Assembly: GCA_038128265.1 (NCBI GenBank) | Contig: JAYPJE010000035.1 | Span: 1-43,544, forward strand | Origin: Gemmatimonadota bacterium | GTDB lineage: Bacteria; Latescibacterota; UBA2968; UBA8231 | Length of the DNA stretch: 43,544 nucleotides | Direction of reading: 5' to 3' | Shown: positions 8,156 through 16,794 of the stretch, one piece after another | How the letters are laid out: each line of letters starts with the position of its first letter | Position numbering within the stretch: position 1 is the first letter of the stretch | Translations under genes and position numbers: made by a program | Notes under the pieces: model-generated | Databases searched by the model: none | The model's input: only the letters and a program-made list of their open reading frames with translations | Told to the model about the DNA's origin: nothing

Positions 8156-10828
8156 ATGCGATCACAGACGTTTGTCCTGTTCGTCCTAGGGCTGCTATGC
8201 GCCCCGCTGTCGGTCGATGCGCAGTTCCTTTCGCGCGACTTCCGCGACCTTTGGTCGAACGAGGTCTTCGAGAACTACGGAACGGCCGGCTATAGGGACT
8301 ACGACTACGACGAGGAAAATCGGCGCTTTGACTACTTTGGCGATTTGCTTATCGACGGCGTAGACATCGTACGCTACAGCGAAATTCGCCGCGACCAGCT
8401 TGGCATACCGGGTAGCTACGAATCGCGCAACGCGCGCTACGATCGCTTTTTTGACAAGCTGATTATATCCAACGAGGGGTTTGGACCTTGGTCCACGCGC
8501 CTGATCATTGGCGACCATATCCGCACGTTCTTCACCCCGATGACGCTCAACCTGCCCAGGTTTAACGGCATTCGATGGGATGGGGCCTCAAAGAAGAATC
8601 GCTTCAGCCTGCTCACCTCGCAGCTAACGGATCCCATCTTCGTTCCCTCCAACACGAACATCGACCAGAGCTTCGAAGACCGGCGCATCTTCGGCACGTC
8701 TATTTTTGCAGGGCATTGGGAAAGCCAGATAGGTAGCATCCTGAAAATTGGGAGCAGCTACGTAAACACGCATCGCTACGATGCCGAGTCGAGCGGACGG
8801 GTAAACAATCTGAAAGGCGTTATTCCCCGCGTCATGGAGAACGGCCTGCGCAAAGTGTACGTGTTCATATCCGACGACTCGCCGGAAGAAGACGCAAACG
8901 GGGCGCGCCTGCACGAGTTAACCCTTAGCGTGGGGGGGCGCCAGGTCGAACCGATTCGAGTGAGTCGGGTGGACAATCTGTTGCAGCAGCTGCCCGTTAC
9001 CAAAGACGTTTCCAGCACTGTGCTGCTGAGCCCGAATGAGATAAACTACCTGAGGAAAAACAGATCGTGGATTCGCGGCGTGATAGAGGCCAGCAACCAG
9101 CCGTTTTTCAAGGCGCTCATCTCGGAGGTTACCGCGCCGCTGGCCCAGATGCCCACGATTGCAAGCCCCGAAGCCGTCAGCGGAACCGATCTCATCATAT
9201 ACGAGTACGATCTGCCCGATACCACCGCAAACATTCAGTTTGAAGCGGTCGTCGCCAACGACTACAGCATAGATGTAGTCGGCGCGATGCGCGTCCCCAC
9301 CCTGGCATCGGGCGACGACGACTTCTACTACGACTGGTATAACGCGAGCCGGGCGATCGGCAATCCGACGTCTTCTAGCAATACGCGTCGCATACGCTTC
9401 AGCTATGGATTTCCAACGGGTATTTCAATTGTTGGCGTGAATTTTGAATCGACGATCGCCGGGTTTTCAGCCAGCGGGGAGTACACGCGCAGCACGCGCT
9501 TTTTCCAGGCGCCCGCGCTGGGCGGTCAGCAACACCAGCGCCAGGCTTCGGCGCTGTACGTCAACGTATCGCGCGAGATCGGCGACCGGGCTTTGCTGGG
9601 GCTTGAATACTTTGACGTGCCGCACGACTATCGAACGGACTTCTCCATTTTTGAACGGTCGAGCCGTGGCCCCACGCTCAGCGGCAGACTCTATGCGCCG
9701 TTCAATATGGTCGAGGACAACGACGACCTAGACCAGTGGCCCGACCGAATAGAGCACGAAGATCCGCTCATGCCCTACCAGCGCTCTCTTGCGCAGGGTA
9801 ACGGTGTCTACCCCGGCTTAGATCCCGATGCCGATGGCGTGCTCGACTTTGACGTCGACCGCGCGGGCGGCACGGATGCGTACCAGCCGTTTATATCCTA
9901 CTACGCCGAGCCGCCGGAGCTCGTCTATGGAGACGACTTCAACAACAACGGCGTGGCCGACTTTCGCGAAAACGACAACCTGCCGGACTACGCCTACCCG
10001 ATAGACCACAAGGGGCTGCACGCCTTTGCGCGCCACAGCTGGTCCTCCGGCGTGCAGGTTCGCCTGGGAACGTACCGAGTGCGGCGCAAGGCGATGGGGG
10101 ACAAAAACGAAACTACTTACACAGAGGGCAGCTACGCCCGCGAGATAGGCCAGCTGGGCACCGTCCAAATGCACCATCGAATTCGGTGGGTCGAAGACTC
10201 AATTGGCAACACGATTTACAACACGAATCCCTCGACGCTGCGGCCCGATGCCCTGCAAAACAGGAACAGCCTGAACAACCTGACCTACGTGGAAGCCAAC
10301 CTGCAGCCGACACAGGGCGTTGTTACGCGCCATATTGCCTCGGTTAACCACATTGATTTGCGGGGCGATATTCTGGCAGATCCGCTGATGGCAAAGCCGG
10401 GCTCCACGCTGCAGGCGACGCTGGTCAACAAGGTCGGCTGGACCTACGCACGCGGCCGACTCAGCGTGTACCCCCAGTTTAAGCACATCTTCCAATACGT
10501 GAAGTACCCGGAGCGGTCTGAGCCCTATCGAAAGCGCCACTGGCTCATGCCCATTCTCCGCGCCGATTGGCAAATCGGTCCGAAGACCAAGATCCGCACC
10601 GGCCTGCAGGGGCTGCCGTTCTTTGCGGAAATGTCGCGCGACCTGGCGGCTCCAGACCAGAACTTTGATCGATCGACCTACACCATCTTCGGTCAGAACA
10701 ACAGCAACTATCTGGGATATGACCTGTCCATACTGATGGGCCTGTATCGGACAAAGCAGGAATACACGAATACGGCTCGTCCCAGCGTCGGGTTTGTAGA
10801 ATACTTTTTTCGCGTGCTCATAGGGTAA
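8156..10828 (+). CDS. Large exported hypothetical protein, predicted outer-membrane beta-barrel family, paralog 1 of 3
   Basis: Signal peptide (MRSQTFVLFVLGLLCAPLSVDA-Q), many amphipathic aromatic-rich beta segments, Asp-rich loops (EDNDDLDQWPD, PGLDPDADG, DDFNNNGVAD). Collinear motifs shared with the next two genes. Confidence 0.7.
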   Translation: MRSQTFVLFVLGLLCAPLSVDAQFLSRDFRDLWSNEVFENYGTAGYRDYDYDEENRRFDYFGDLLIDGVDIVRYSEIRRDQLGIPGSYESRNARYDRFFDKLIISNEGFGPWSTRLIIGDHIRTFFTPMTLNLPRFNGIRWDGASKKNRFSLLTSQLTDPIFVPSNTNIDQSFEDRRIFGTSIFAGHWESQIGSILKIGSSYVNTHRYDAESSGRVNNLKGVIPRVMENGLRKVYVFISDDSPEEDANGARLHELTLSVGGRQVEPIRVSRVDNLLQQLPVTKDVSSTVLLSPNEINYLRKNRSWIRGVIEASNQPFFKALISEVTAPLAQMPTIASPEAVSGTDLIIYEYDLPDTTANIQFEAVVANDYSIDVVGAMRVPTLASGDDDFYYDWYNASRAIGNPTSSSNTRRIRFSYGFPTGISIVGVNFESTIAGFSASGEYTRSTRFFQAPALGGQQHQRQASALYVNVSREIGDRALLGLEYFDVPHDYRTDFSIFERSSRGPTLSGRLYAPFNMVEDNDDLDQWPDRIEHEDPLMPYQRSLAQGNGVYPGLDPDADGVLDFDVDRAGGTDAYQPFISYYAEPPELVYGDDFNNNGVADFRENDNLPDYAYPIDHKGLHAFARHSWSSGVQVRLGTYRVRRKAMGDKNETTYTEGSYAREIGQLGTVQMHHRIRWVEDSIGNTIYNTNPSTLRPDALQNRNSLNNLTYVEANLQPTQGVVTRHIASVNHIDLRGDILADPLMAKPGSTLQATLVNKVGWTYARGRLSVYPQFKHIFQYVKYPERSEPYRKRHWLMPILRADWQIGPKTKIRTGLQGLPFFAEMSRDLAAPDQNFDRSTYTIFGQNNSNYLGYDLSILMGLYRTKQEYTNTARPSVGFVEYFFRVLIG

Positions 10829-10831
10829 GAA

Positions 10832-13630
10832 ATGACGGAGCGCTCTATTCGCCAATTTATAGCGATGCTGCTGGTCGCGGTCTCTACGGGACCGGTCGAT
10901 GCCCAGCTGCTGTTTCGCCAGGGCGAGCCCTACACCAACTATGCGTTTGAAGGGTACCGCGCCTATGAGTCGTTGATTTTTGGTCGGACGCGCTCGCCCC
11001 AGTTCGACAATTTGGGGCAGTTTGTCATGAACGGCGTCAGCGTATACGAGCTAAATGAGTACCGGACGATCAGTCCCGTTCCCGGCAGCATCATAACAAA
11101 GCCCGGCGTGTACGAGAGTTATCTCAATCGGTTGGTAATATCCGGCGACAACTATTCCGGCGTGAATACCAAGCTTATTATCGGTGATCGCATACGCGCC
11201 AAGTTTACCCCGCTCACGCTCGACTTGGCCGCAATGAACGGACTGAGGTGGGACTCCAACTTTAAGAACGGCTCCGTCGTCCTGCTTGCCTCGAGGGTTG
11301 ATAAGCCCATTTTCGAGGCGGTGCAAAACGCAGACAACGGCATACACGGCGATGAGAAGTCCGAATTTCGTCCGCGTTGGAGCACCTACCTGCTCGGCGG
11401 CGATATTCGCACGCAGCGCGGCGGGCTGGATGCCGGCGTTACGTGGGTAAACCAGTACAGGACAGACAGCTTCAAGTCGCTCGACGAGTCGACCTACAAG
11501 GGCACGCTGCCCACTACGGGGCGCCCGCCGGAGTGGATTGTCGTCCGCGTCGCCGACCAGACGCCAGACGATTTGAGCGGCGTGCATATACGGCGCGCTA
11601 AGATGCGCATTAACGGCGTGCCGGTCGATCACCTTTTGGCTCCCTATGACAAGCTCAACCCCGACGAATACACGCTCACCGTAACGGAGCATGTTGGCGA
11701 ATTGCTGATACCGCCCGTGCGGCGCGACAACAGCAGTGACTTGGTTATTGAGTTTCCCCATGCCGAGCCGTCTCCGGAGGGGCTGTACTCGGTGCAGGGC
11801 GATGAAAGTGCGCTGTTTTGGTTCAGGGTGCCCGGATACGTTACCGCGATGTCCGACACGGCGATGGTCGATAAGGTGTCCATCGACTTTGACGTGTCGG
11901 GTGATTACACCATCGAATTAGCCGAGGTATTCAACGGTGCCTCGGCCAATCCGGCGACCTATTTCTATCGGGCGGCTTACGCCGATGGCAATCCCAGCGA
12001 CGGCTATTTCGAGCGGGTGCGCGTGCGCTACGGTCGGCAAACGGGGCGCACGCTGCTGGGCGGTCACTTCAACTTGGACCTGAAGGGCTTTATGCTGCGG
12101 TCGGAGTACGTCCACAACTTGTCTTTTAGAGCCTACCCCTCTCTGATCACCACAAACCTCAAGCACCGGACGCAGCACAGCAATGCGTTCTTTGTGGCGC
12201 TAAAGCGCGACTGGCAGAAGGTTAGCTTTGGGGCAGAGTACTTTGCCGTTGGCGATAACTACTCGACCGGGCTAAGCGTGCAGGACGACGATTACCGGAG
12301 CTACTTCCAGTTCCTAACCAGCCCGTTTATATATCCGACGAACTTTAACGAGCCGCGGCTCCCCGACGAAGTCGAAGGCGAACGCCCGGCGCCTACCAAC
12401 ACGATCGAGTTCAACTCCGTCGACGACAACGACGACAAGGATCCATTTCCCGATAGCTATTTTCTGCGCAAAACGACGAACCTGGTGACGGGTGGCCGGT
12501 TTATAGAAGATCCCGACGGCGTATTTCCCGGCTTGGACTTAGACCTGAACGGCCGACCCGACATAAATGAGAACGACAATAGGATTCCCGATTACTTCGA
12601 GCCGTTTTTGCTCTACCGCGTAAACCCCGATGCATATGATTTCGGCGAAGACATGAACAACAACGGGGTTATTGACGAGCGGGAAGACGACGACGAGCCC
12701 GACTACCCGTACGAAGTTGGCCAGCGGGGGTGGAACCTCTTCAGCCAGTACAGGCCGACCCCGTATAGCTTGCTGACGGCGGGCTACCACCACACGCGAG
12801 CCCTTGCACTAGGCGACGAGGCGCGGACGGCGTACGTGCGCCTGGAGTACGAGCGCGATATCCCGTTTTGGGCCAAGGTCAAAGCGGTGGGTCGCACGAA
12901 GCGGGTGCACGACGACATCGAGGATAGAGTCTTTGGCTTGGGCCGCAGTCCGATTTACCTAGAACCCGAGCCGATCCCCCTCTTCGCGCTCACGGACGAA
13001 GAGCTGCGGAACCCGCTGGGCGTGGCCGTGCTGCAAGACGATCCCATGCTGCTGCGTAACAGCTGGCTGCACACGATCTATGCAAAGGCGACATTTACGC
13101 GCTTTGAAAACATCAGCGCGGAAATCAGCGTAAAGCGGGAAACCAACCATCAGCAGGCGACTTCGCTGCAGCCCGGCAATGTCATCTCCGATTTGGCGAT
13201 TGTATACAAGGCGCAGCACCTCTGGAATCCTTGGAAAGAGCTGCTCGTTCGCTCGCAGGTAAAGTGGTTGCACCGCCGTCTATTGGACGACACGGAGCAG
13301 ATAGCCTCGGTGAAGGAGCACTACGTTTTCCCCATACTGCGCTTGGAGTATCCCGTTTCCGATCGCACGTCGGTTAAGCTGGGCGCGCAGGGGGGGCCGT
13401 TATTGCCGAGCATCTATCGCAACCGGGTGAGCGACGGCGTCGATTTTGACAGCCGCGTCTACTTGGCTCAGGTAAATAACACGTCGACGTACTTGGGTTA
13501 CCAGGTCAACGTGAACCTGGGATACGAACGCCGATTTAGGGAGTTTTTGTCCGAAGATCGCAGTCAGCAAAACACGGATTACTCGCGCATCTTTCTCCGA
13601 GTTATAGCGGGCTTGAGGCCGCTGTTTTGA
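10832..13630 (+). CDS. Large exported hypothetical protein, predicted outer-membrane beta-barrel family, paralog 2 of 3
   Basis: Signal peptide (..AVSTGPVDA-Q), motifs IIGDRIRAKFTPLTL, DDNDDKDPFPD, GVFPGLDLDLNG, GEDMNNNGVIDERE, NTSTYLGY, C-terminal Phe. Starts 3 nt after the previous stop. Confidence 0.7.
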   Translation: MTERSIRQFIAMLLVAVSTGPVDAQLLFRQGEPYTNYAFEGYRAYESLIFGRTRSPQFDNLGQFVMNGVSVYELNEYRTISPVPGSIITKPGVYESYLNRLVISGDNYSGVNTKLIIGDRIRAKFTPLTLDLAAMNGLRWDSNFKNGSVVLLASRVDKPIFEAVQNADNGIHGDEKSEFRPRWSTYLLGGDIRTQRGGLDAGVTWVNQYRTDSFKSLDESTYKGTLPTTGRPPEWIVVRVADQTPDDLSGVHIRRAKMRINGVPVDHLLAPYDKLNPDEYTLTVTEHVGELLIPPVRRDNSSDLVIEFPHAEPSPEGLYSVQGDESALFWFRVPGYVTAMSDTAMVDKVSIDFDVSGDYTIELAEVFNGASANPATYFYRAAYADGNPSDGYFERVRVRYGRQTGRTLLGGHFNLDLKGFMLRSEYVHNLSFRAYPSLITTNLKHRTQHSNAFFVALKRDWQKVSFGAEYFAVGDNYSTGLSVQDDDYRSYFQFLTSPFIYPTNFNEPRLPDEVEGERPAPTNTIEFNSVDDNDDKDPFPDSYFLRKTTNLVTGGRFIEDPDGVFPGLDLDLNGRPDINENDNRIPDYFEPFLLYRVNPDAYDFGEDMNNNGVIDEREDDDEPDYPYEVGQRGWNLFSQYRPTPYSLLTAGYHHTRALALGDEARTAYVRLEYERDIPFWAKVKAVGRTKRVHDDIEDRVFGLGRSPIYLEPEPIPLFALTDEELRNPLGVAVLQDDPMLLRNSWLHTIYAKATFTRFENISAEISVKRETNHQQATSLQPGNVISDLAIVYKAQHLWNPWKELLVRSQVKWLHRRLLDDTEQIASVKEHYVFPILRLEYPVSDRTSVKLGAQGGPLLPSIYRNRVSDGVDFDSRVYLAQVNNTSTYLGYQVNVNLGYERRFREFLSEDRSQQNTDYSRIFLRVIAGLRPLF

Positions 13631-13641
13631 CAGTTGCTAAC

Positions 13642-16600
13642 ATGGTAAAGAATTCGCCAAATAGAAAAATCGGGCTGCCCGTCCGGTGGCTTTTGCACTG
13701 TGCCTGTGCGCTCGTGCTGCTGGTTGGTGATGGGGTAGCTCAACCCGCGGCGAGCGGCAGCACAGAGGCGACGGAGGAGATTGGGGCGCAGCGGGTGCTG
13801 GGTAGCAGCGCTTTTCTGGGACGCTTTACCGATGAGTATACCAACTGGGGCGATGTAGACTATCCCCGTCAGATTGGCATAACGAGCAACTTGAGAAACT
13901 ACTACAGTCTGATGGGAGACCCTCTCGTATACGGGTCTGAGTCCATTCGGTGGGTGGAACGGCGCGGGCTGGGCGTCCAGCGCTTTGCCGGATCGGGGGG
14001 GTCGCAGCTGAGTGAGAGTTTGGCGCACGGCCAGAGCGGTTCCAGCTACGCGCGCCTGTTCAACTACGTCGTTGTGGGGACGGATGGAACGGACGATTGG
14101 CAATCGCGGTTTATATACGCCAACGAAATACGCACGCGCCTCACTCCGCTGACGCTGAAGATGTCCAACCTGAACGGTCTGCGCATCGACGTGGGGTCAA
14201 AGAAAAACAGTTTTTCCGCGCTCTTTTCTCGCCTACATGCGCCCATCTACTCGTCCGGTCGGGAAAACGACCAGAACATCAAGGCGAAAGCGATGCTCTG
14301 GGGAGCCCACTACGAACGGCACGTCGGTTTTATGAACTTCGGCGCTACGTTTGTAAACGCTCACCAGTACGAACCGATGATGGAGCAGAAGGCGCTGTCG
14401 ACGAAAGGGGTCCCGGGCGCCATGCAGAATGCGCCCGCGATGTTGGCCCTGCGCATTTCCGATGATTCGCCTACGGACGGCAAGGGGGGCGTGGTTATTC
14501 ATTCGGTGAGCGTGCGGGTCAACGGCGTAGTGCGCCCGGAGGTCGAACCGTTTATCGTGCGTCTGAGCAAGCGCGGCGACGAACGGCAGAGCTATATAAC
14601 GGGCCGGTTGCGCAGCGGAGAGCGCAAGCCCCTGCCGCCGTTGGCCAACGACTATCAGTCGATCAACCGCGGCTCGTCGTACAACACATACGATCCGTAT
14701 ATCAACTACGCGGCGTTTGACGTAGACGTCTACTACCGCGGATATGAATTTCCCTTTTGGATTGATCACCTCTACTATCGCGACTACAAGCTGTACGGAC
14801 CAGAACACGTGATCAACCAGAGCCGCGTAGAAAATGAGGGGGAAGCGCCCGTCGTCGTAGATGAAGAGTTCGCCCATGAGCTGGTCGAAGAGTCGGGCGA
14901 CTTTGGTTTTGCGACAGCGGCGGACCTGCCTCAGGCATTCGACGGAGAAGAGTATGCCATGCTCTACGTCGACCTCGAACCGCTCGGCGAGTTTATCGAG
15001 TCGGTCGAAGTCGACCTATCGCTGGCTAACGACTATCACGTCGAGCTATCTGAAATTGATATCTCGGGAACGGCGCCCAATCCAACGCGCTCAAATTACC
15101 GCGAACGCTATCGCTACGCGACGTACTTTCGCACGGTGGCAAGAGCAGAGGGCAACCCCCAAGACGGCACGCCGAAGCTCGTTCGCGTAAAAAGCGGTGT
15201 ACCCACCGGCCTCAGTCTGTATAGCCTAAACGCGCACGGCGTGCTGCACGGATTCGAAATAAATGCCGAGTTCAGCCGCAGTAGGAGCTTTTTCCAGTAC
15301 GCAAGCGGCATTCCACAGCCTCGGGTGTCGCTCGATGAGCTGAGCATCAACGCTTTGCAGCGCGAAACGATGCCGGGTGGAAGATCCTCTATAAACGACA
15401 ACGCATTTTACCTGACCGTAAAGAAAGATGCCGAACGCTGGGGCTTCGGTGCGGAGGTCTTTTCCATCGGCCCCCACTACACGACGGAGTTTCGCAGCTA
15501 CATCGGACGCGACGAACGGGATACGTCTGGCAATCCCATCGCCTATAACAACACGATGATTCACCGGCTCATAGAGGACAACGACGACGACGACCGCTAT
15601 CCGGATAGCTGGTACAACAACGCACCGAGCGGACTGCAGGGGCAGTCGGACGTCGACGGCGTATTTCCGGGTCTGGACGAGGATAAAGACGGCATCCCCG
15701 ACACGAATAGAAACTTTAACGCCGTGCCGGACTACCAAGAGCCGTTCCTGATGTATACGGCCGATCCGCCCGTTTACGATTTCGGCGAAGATGCCAACCA
15801 CAACGACGTCATTGATGCGCGCGAGAACGATATTGTCGCCGACCTGCCATACGACATCGATACGCGCGGCTTTCACACCTATTTGAGCATATGGCCCCTG
15901 CGCGGCATGAGCGTGACGCTTGGGTTGAAAGACACGCGTCAAATTGCAGGCCCAGCTCCCGACAGGTCGCTCTACTCGCGCATTGGCTACGCGCGGCAAA
16001 TACCTTCGCTCGGCAACTTTTTAGCGAGTGCTTCAATAGAGCGCATAGAGGATGGGATTGAGGACGAGCTGAGCGTATACAGCGACCGCGTTCTGACCAT
16101 TGCCGAGCAGTTTGAGCTCGACTTTGCCGGTCTACAGCGCAACATCAAGGTGGCGCCCTTCCTCGAGGGACCGCGCGAGGATCCCATGCTCTTTCTCAAC
16201 AGCACGCGCGGGCGCATTTACATCGATACGAAATGGGGTGGTGCAAGCTCTGCGTGGAAAATTCGCAACAAAATCAAATACGAAACCAACAACCAGCACG
16301 AGGGCAAAGTATTTGACGGCAGGCTGCAGGAGGGCCGTCGCCTCAACCGCTGGACGATGGTTAACGCCTTTGACTACCAGTGGCAACTGAGCGAGCGCGT
16401 CAGCCTGTTTTCGGGTATAAAGATGCGCTATCGCCGCGAGTGGAACAGCGCGGATGAAGGGGACATTACCCGCGAAACGCACACCATTCCCATAGCAAAG
16501 CTGCAGTATAGGCTGACCGAGCAGACGCGCTTTCAGCTCGGCGTGCAGGGCTTGGGTTTCGCTCTTCCGTACCGGGTGAATGATTCCGCTGATTCGGACA

Positions 16601-16791
16601 ACACGTTTCAACAATTTGATGCCGTGGCGATGGTGTCGAACAATTCGAAGTACTTTGGCTATGTCGTCTCTACAAACGCCGGCATTAGTCACAGGAATAA
16701 AGAGTACAAGAACAGCGAGATAGGACTAACTGGTGACGAAGAGTTTGTCGCTGCGTTTGTCAACGTCATCGTGGGATTTGAGGCAGAATAG
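13642..16791 (+). CDS. Large exported hypothetical protein, predicted outer-membrane beta-barrel family, paralog 3 of 3
   Basis: Signal-like N-terminus (ATG 13642; TTG 13627 overlapping the previous stop is an alternative). Motifs IYANEIRTRLTPLTL, EDNDDDDRYPD, GVFPGLDEDKDG, GEDANHNDVIDARE, NNSKYFGY. Confidence 0.7.
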   Translation: MVKNSPNRKIGLPVRWLLHCACALVLLVGDGVAQPAASGSTEATEEIGAQRVLGSSAFLGRFTDEYTNWGDVDYPRQIGITSNLRNYYSLMGDPLVYGSESIRWVERRGLGVQRFAGSGGSQLSESLAHGQSGSSYARLFNYVVVGTDGTDDWQSRFIYANEIRTRLTPLTLKMSNLNGLRIDVGSKKNSFSALFSRLHAPIYSSGRENDQNIKAKAMLWGAHYERHVGFMNFGATFVNAHQYEPMMEQKALSTKGVPGAMQNAPAMLALRISDDSPTDGKGGVVIHSVSVRVNGVVRPEVEPFIVRLSKRGDERQSYITGRLRSGERKPLPPLANDYQSINRGSSYNTYDPYINYAAFDVDVYYRGYEFPFWIDHLYYRDYKLYGPEHVINQSRVENEGEAPVVVDEEFAHELVEESGDFGFATAADLPQAFDGEEYAMLYVDLEPLGEFIESVEVDLSLANDYHVELSEIDISGTAPNPTRSNYRERYRYATYFRTVARAEGNPQDGTPKLVRVKSGVPTGLSLYSLNAHGVLHGFEINAEFSRSRSFFQYASGIPQPRVSLDELSINALQRETMPGGRSSINDNAFYLTVKKDAERWGFGAEVFSIGPHYTTEFRSYIGRDERDTSGNPIAYNNTMIHRLIEDNDDDDRYPDSWYNNAPSGLQGQSDVDGVFPGLDEDKDGIPDTNRNFNAVPDYQEPFLMYTADPPVYDFGEDANHNDVIDARENDIVADLPYDIDTRGFHTYLSIWPLRGMSVTLGLKDTRQIAGPAPDRSLYSRIGYARQIPSLGNFLASASIERIEDGIEDELSVYSDRVLTIAEQFELDFAGLQRNIKVAPFLEGPREDPMLFLNSTRGRIYIDTKWGGASSAWKIRNKIKYETNNQHEGKVFDGRLQEGRRLNRWTMVNAFDYQWQLSERVSLFSGIKMRYRREWNSADEGDITRETHTIPIAKLQYRLTEQTRFQLGVQGLGFALPYRVNDSADSDNTFQQFDAVAMVSNNSKYFGYVVSTNAGISHRNKEYKNSEIGLTGDEEFVAAFVNVIVGFEAE

Positions 16792-16794
16792 GCC

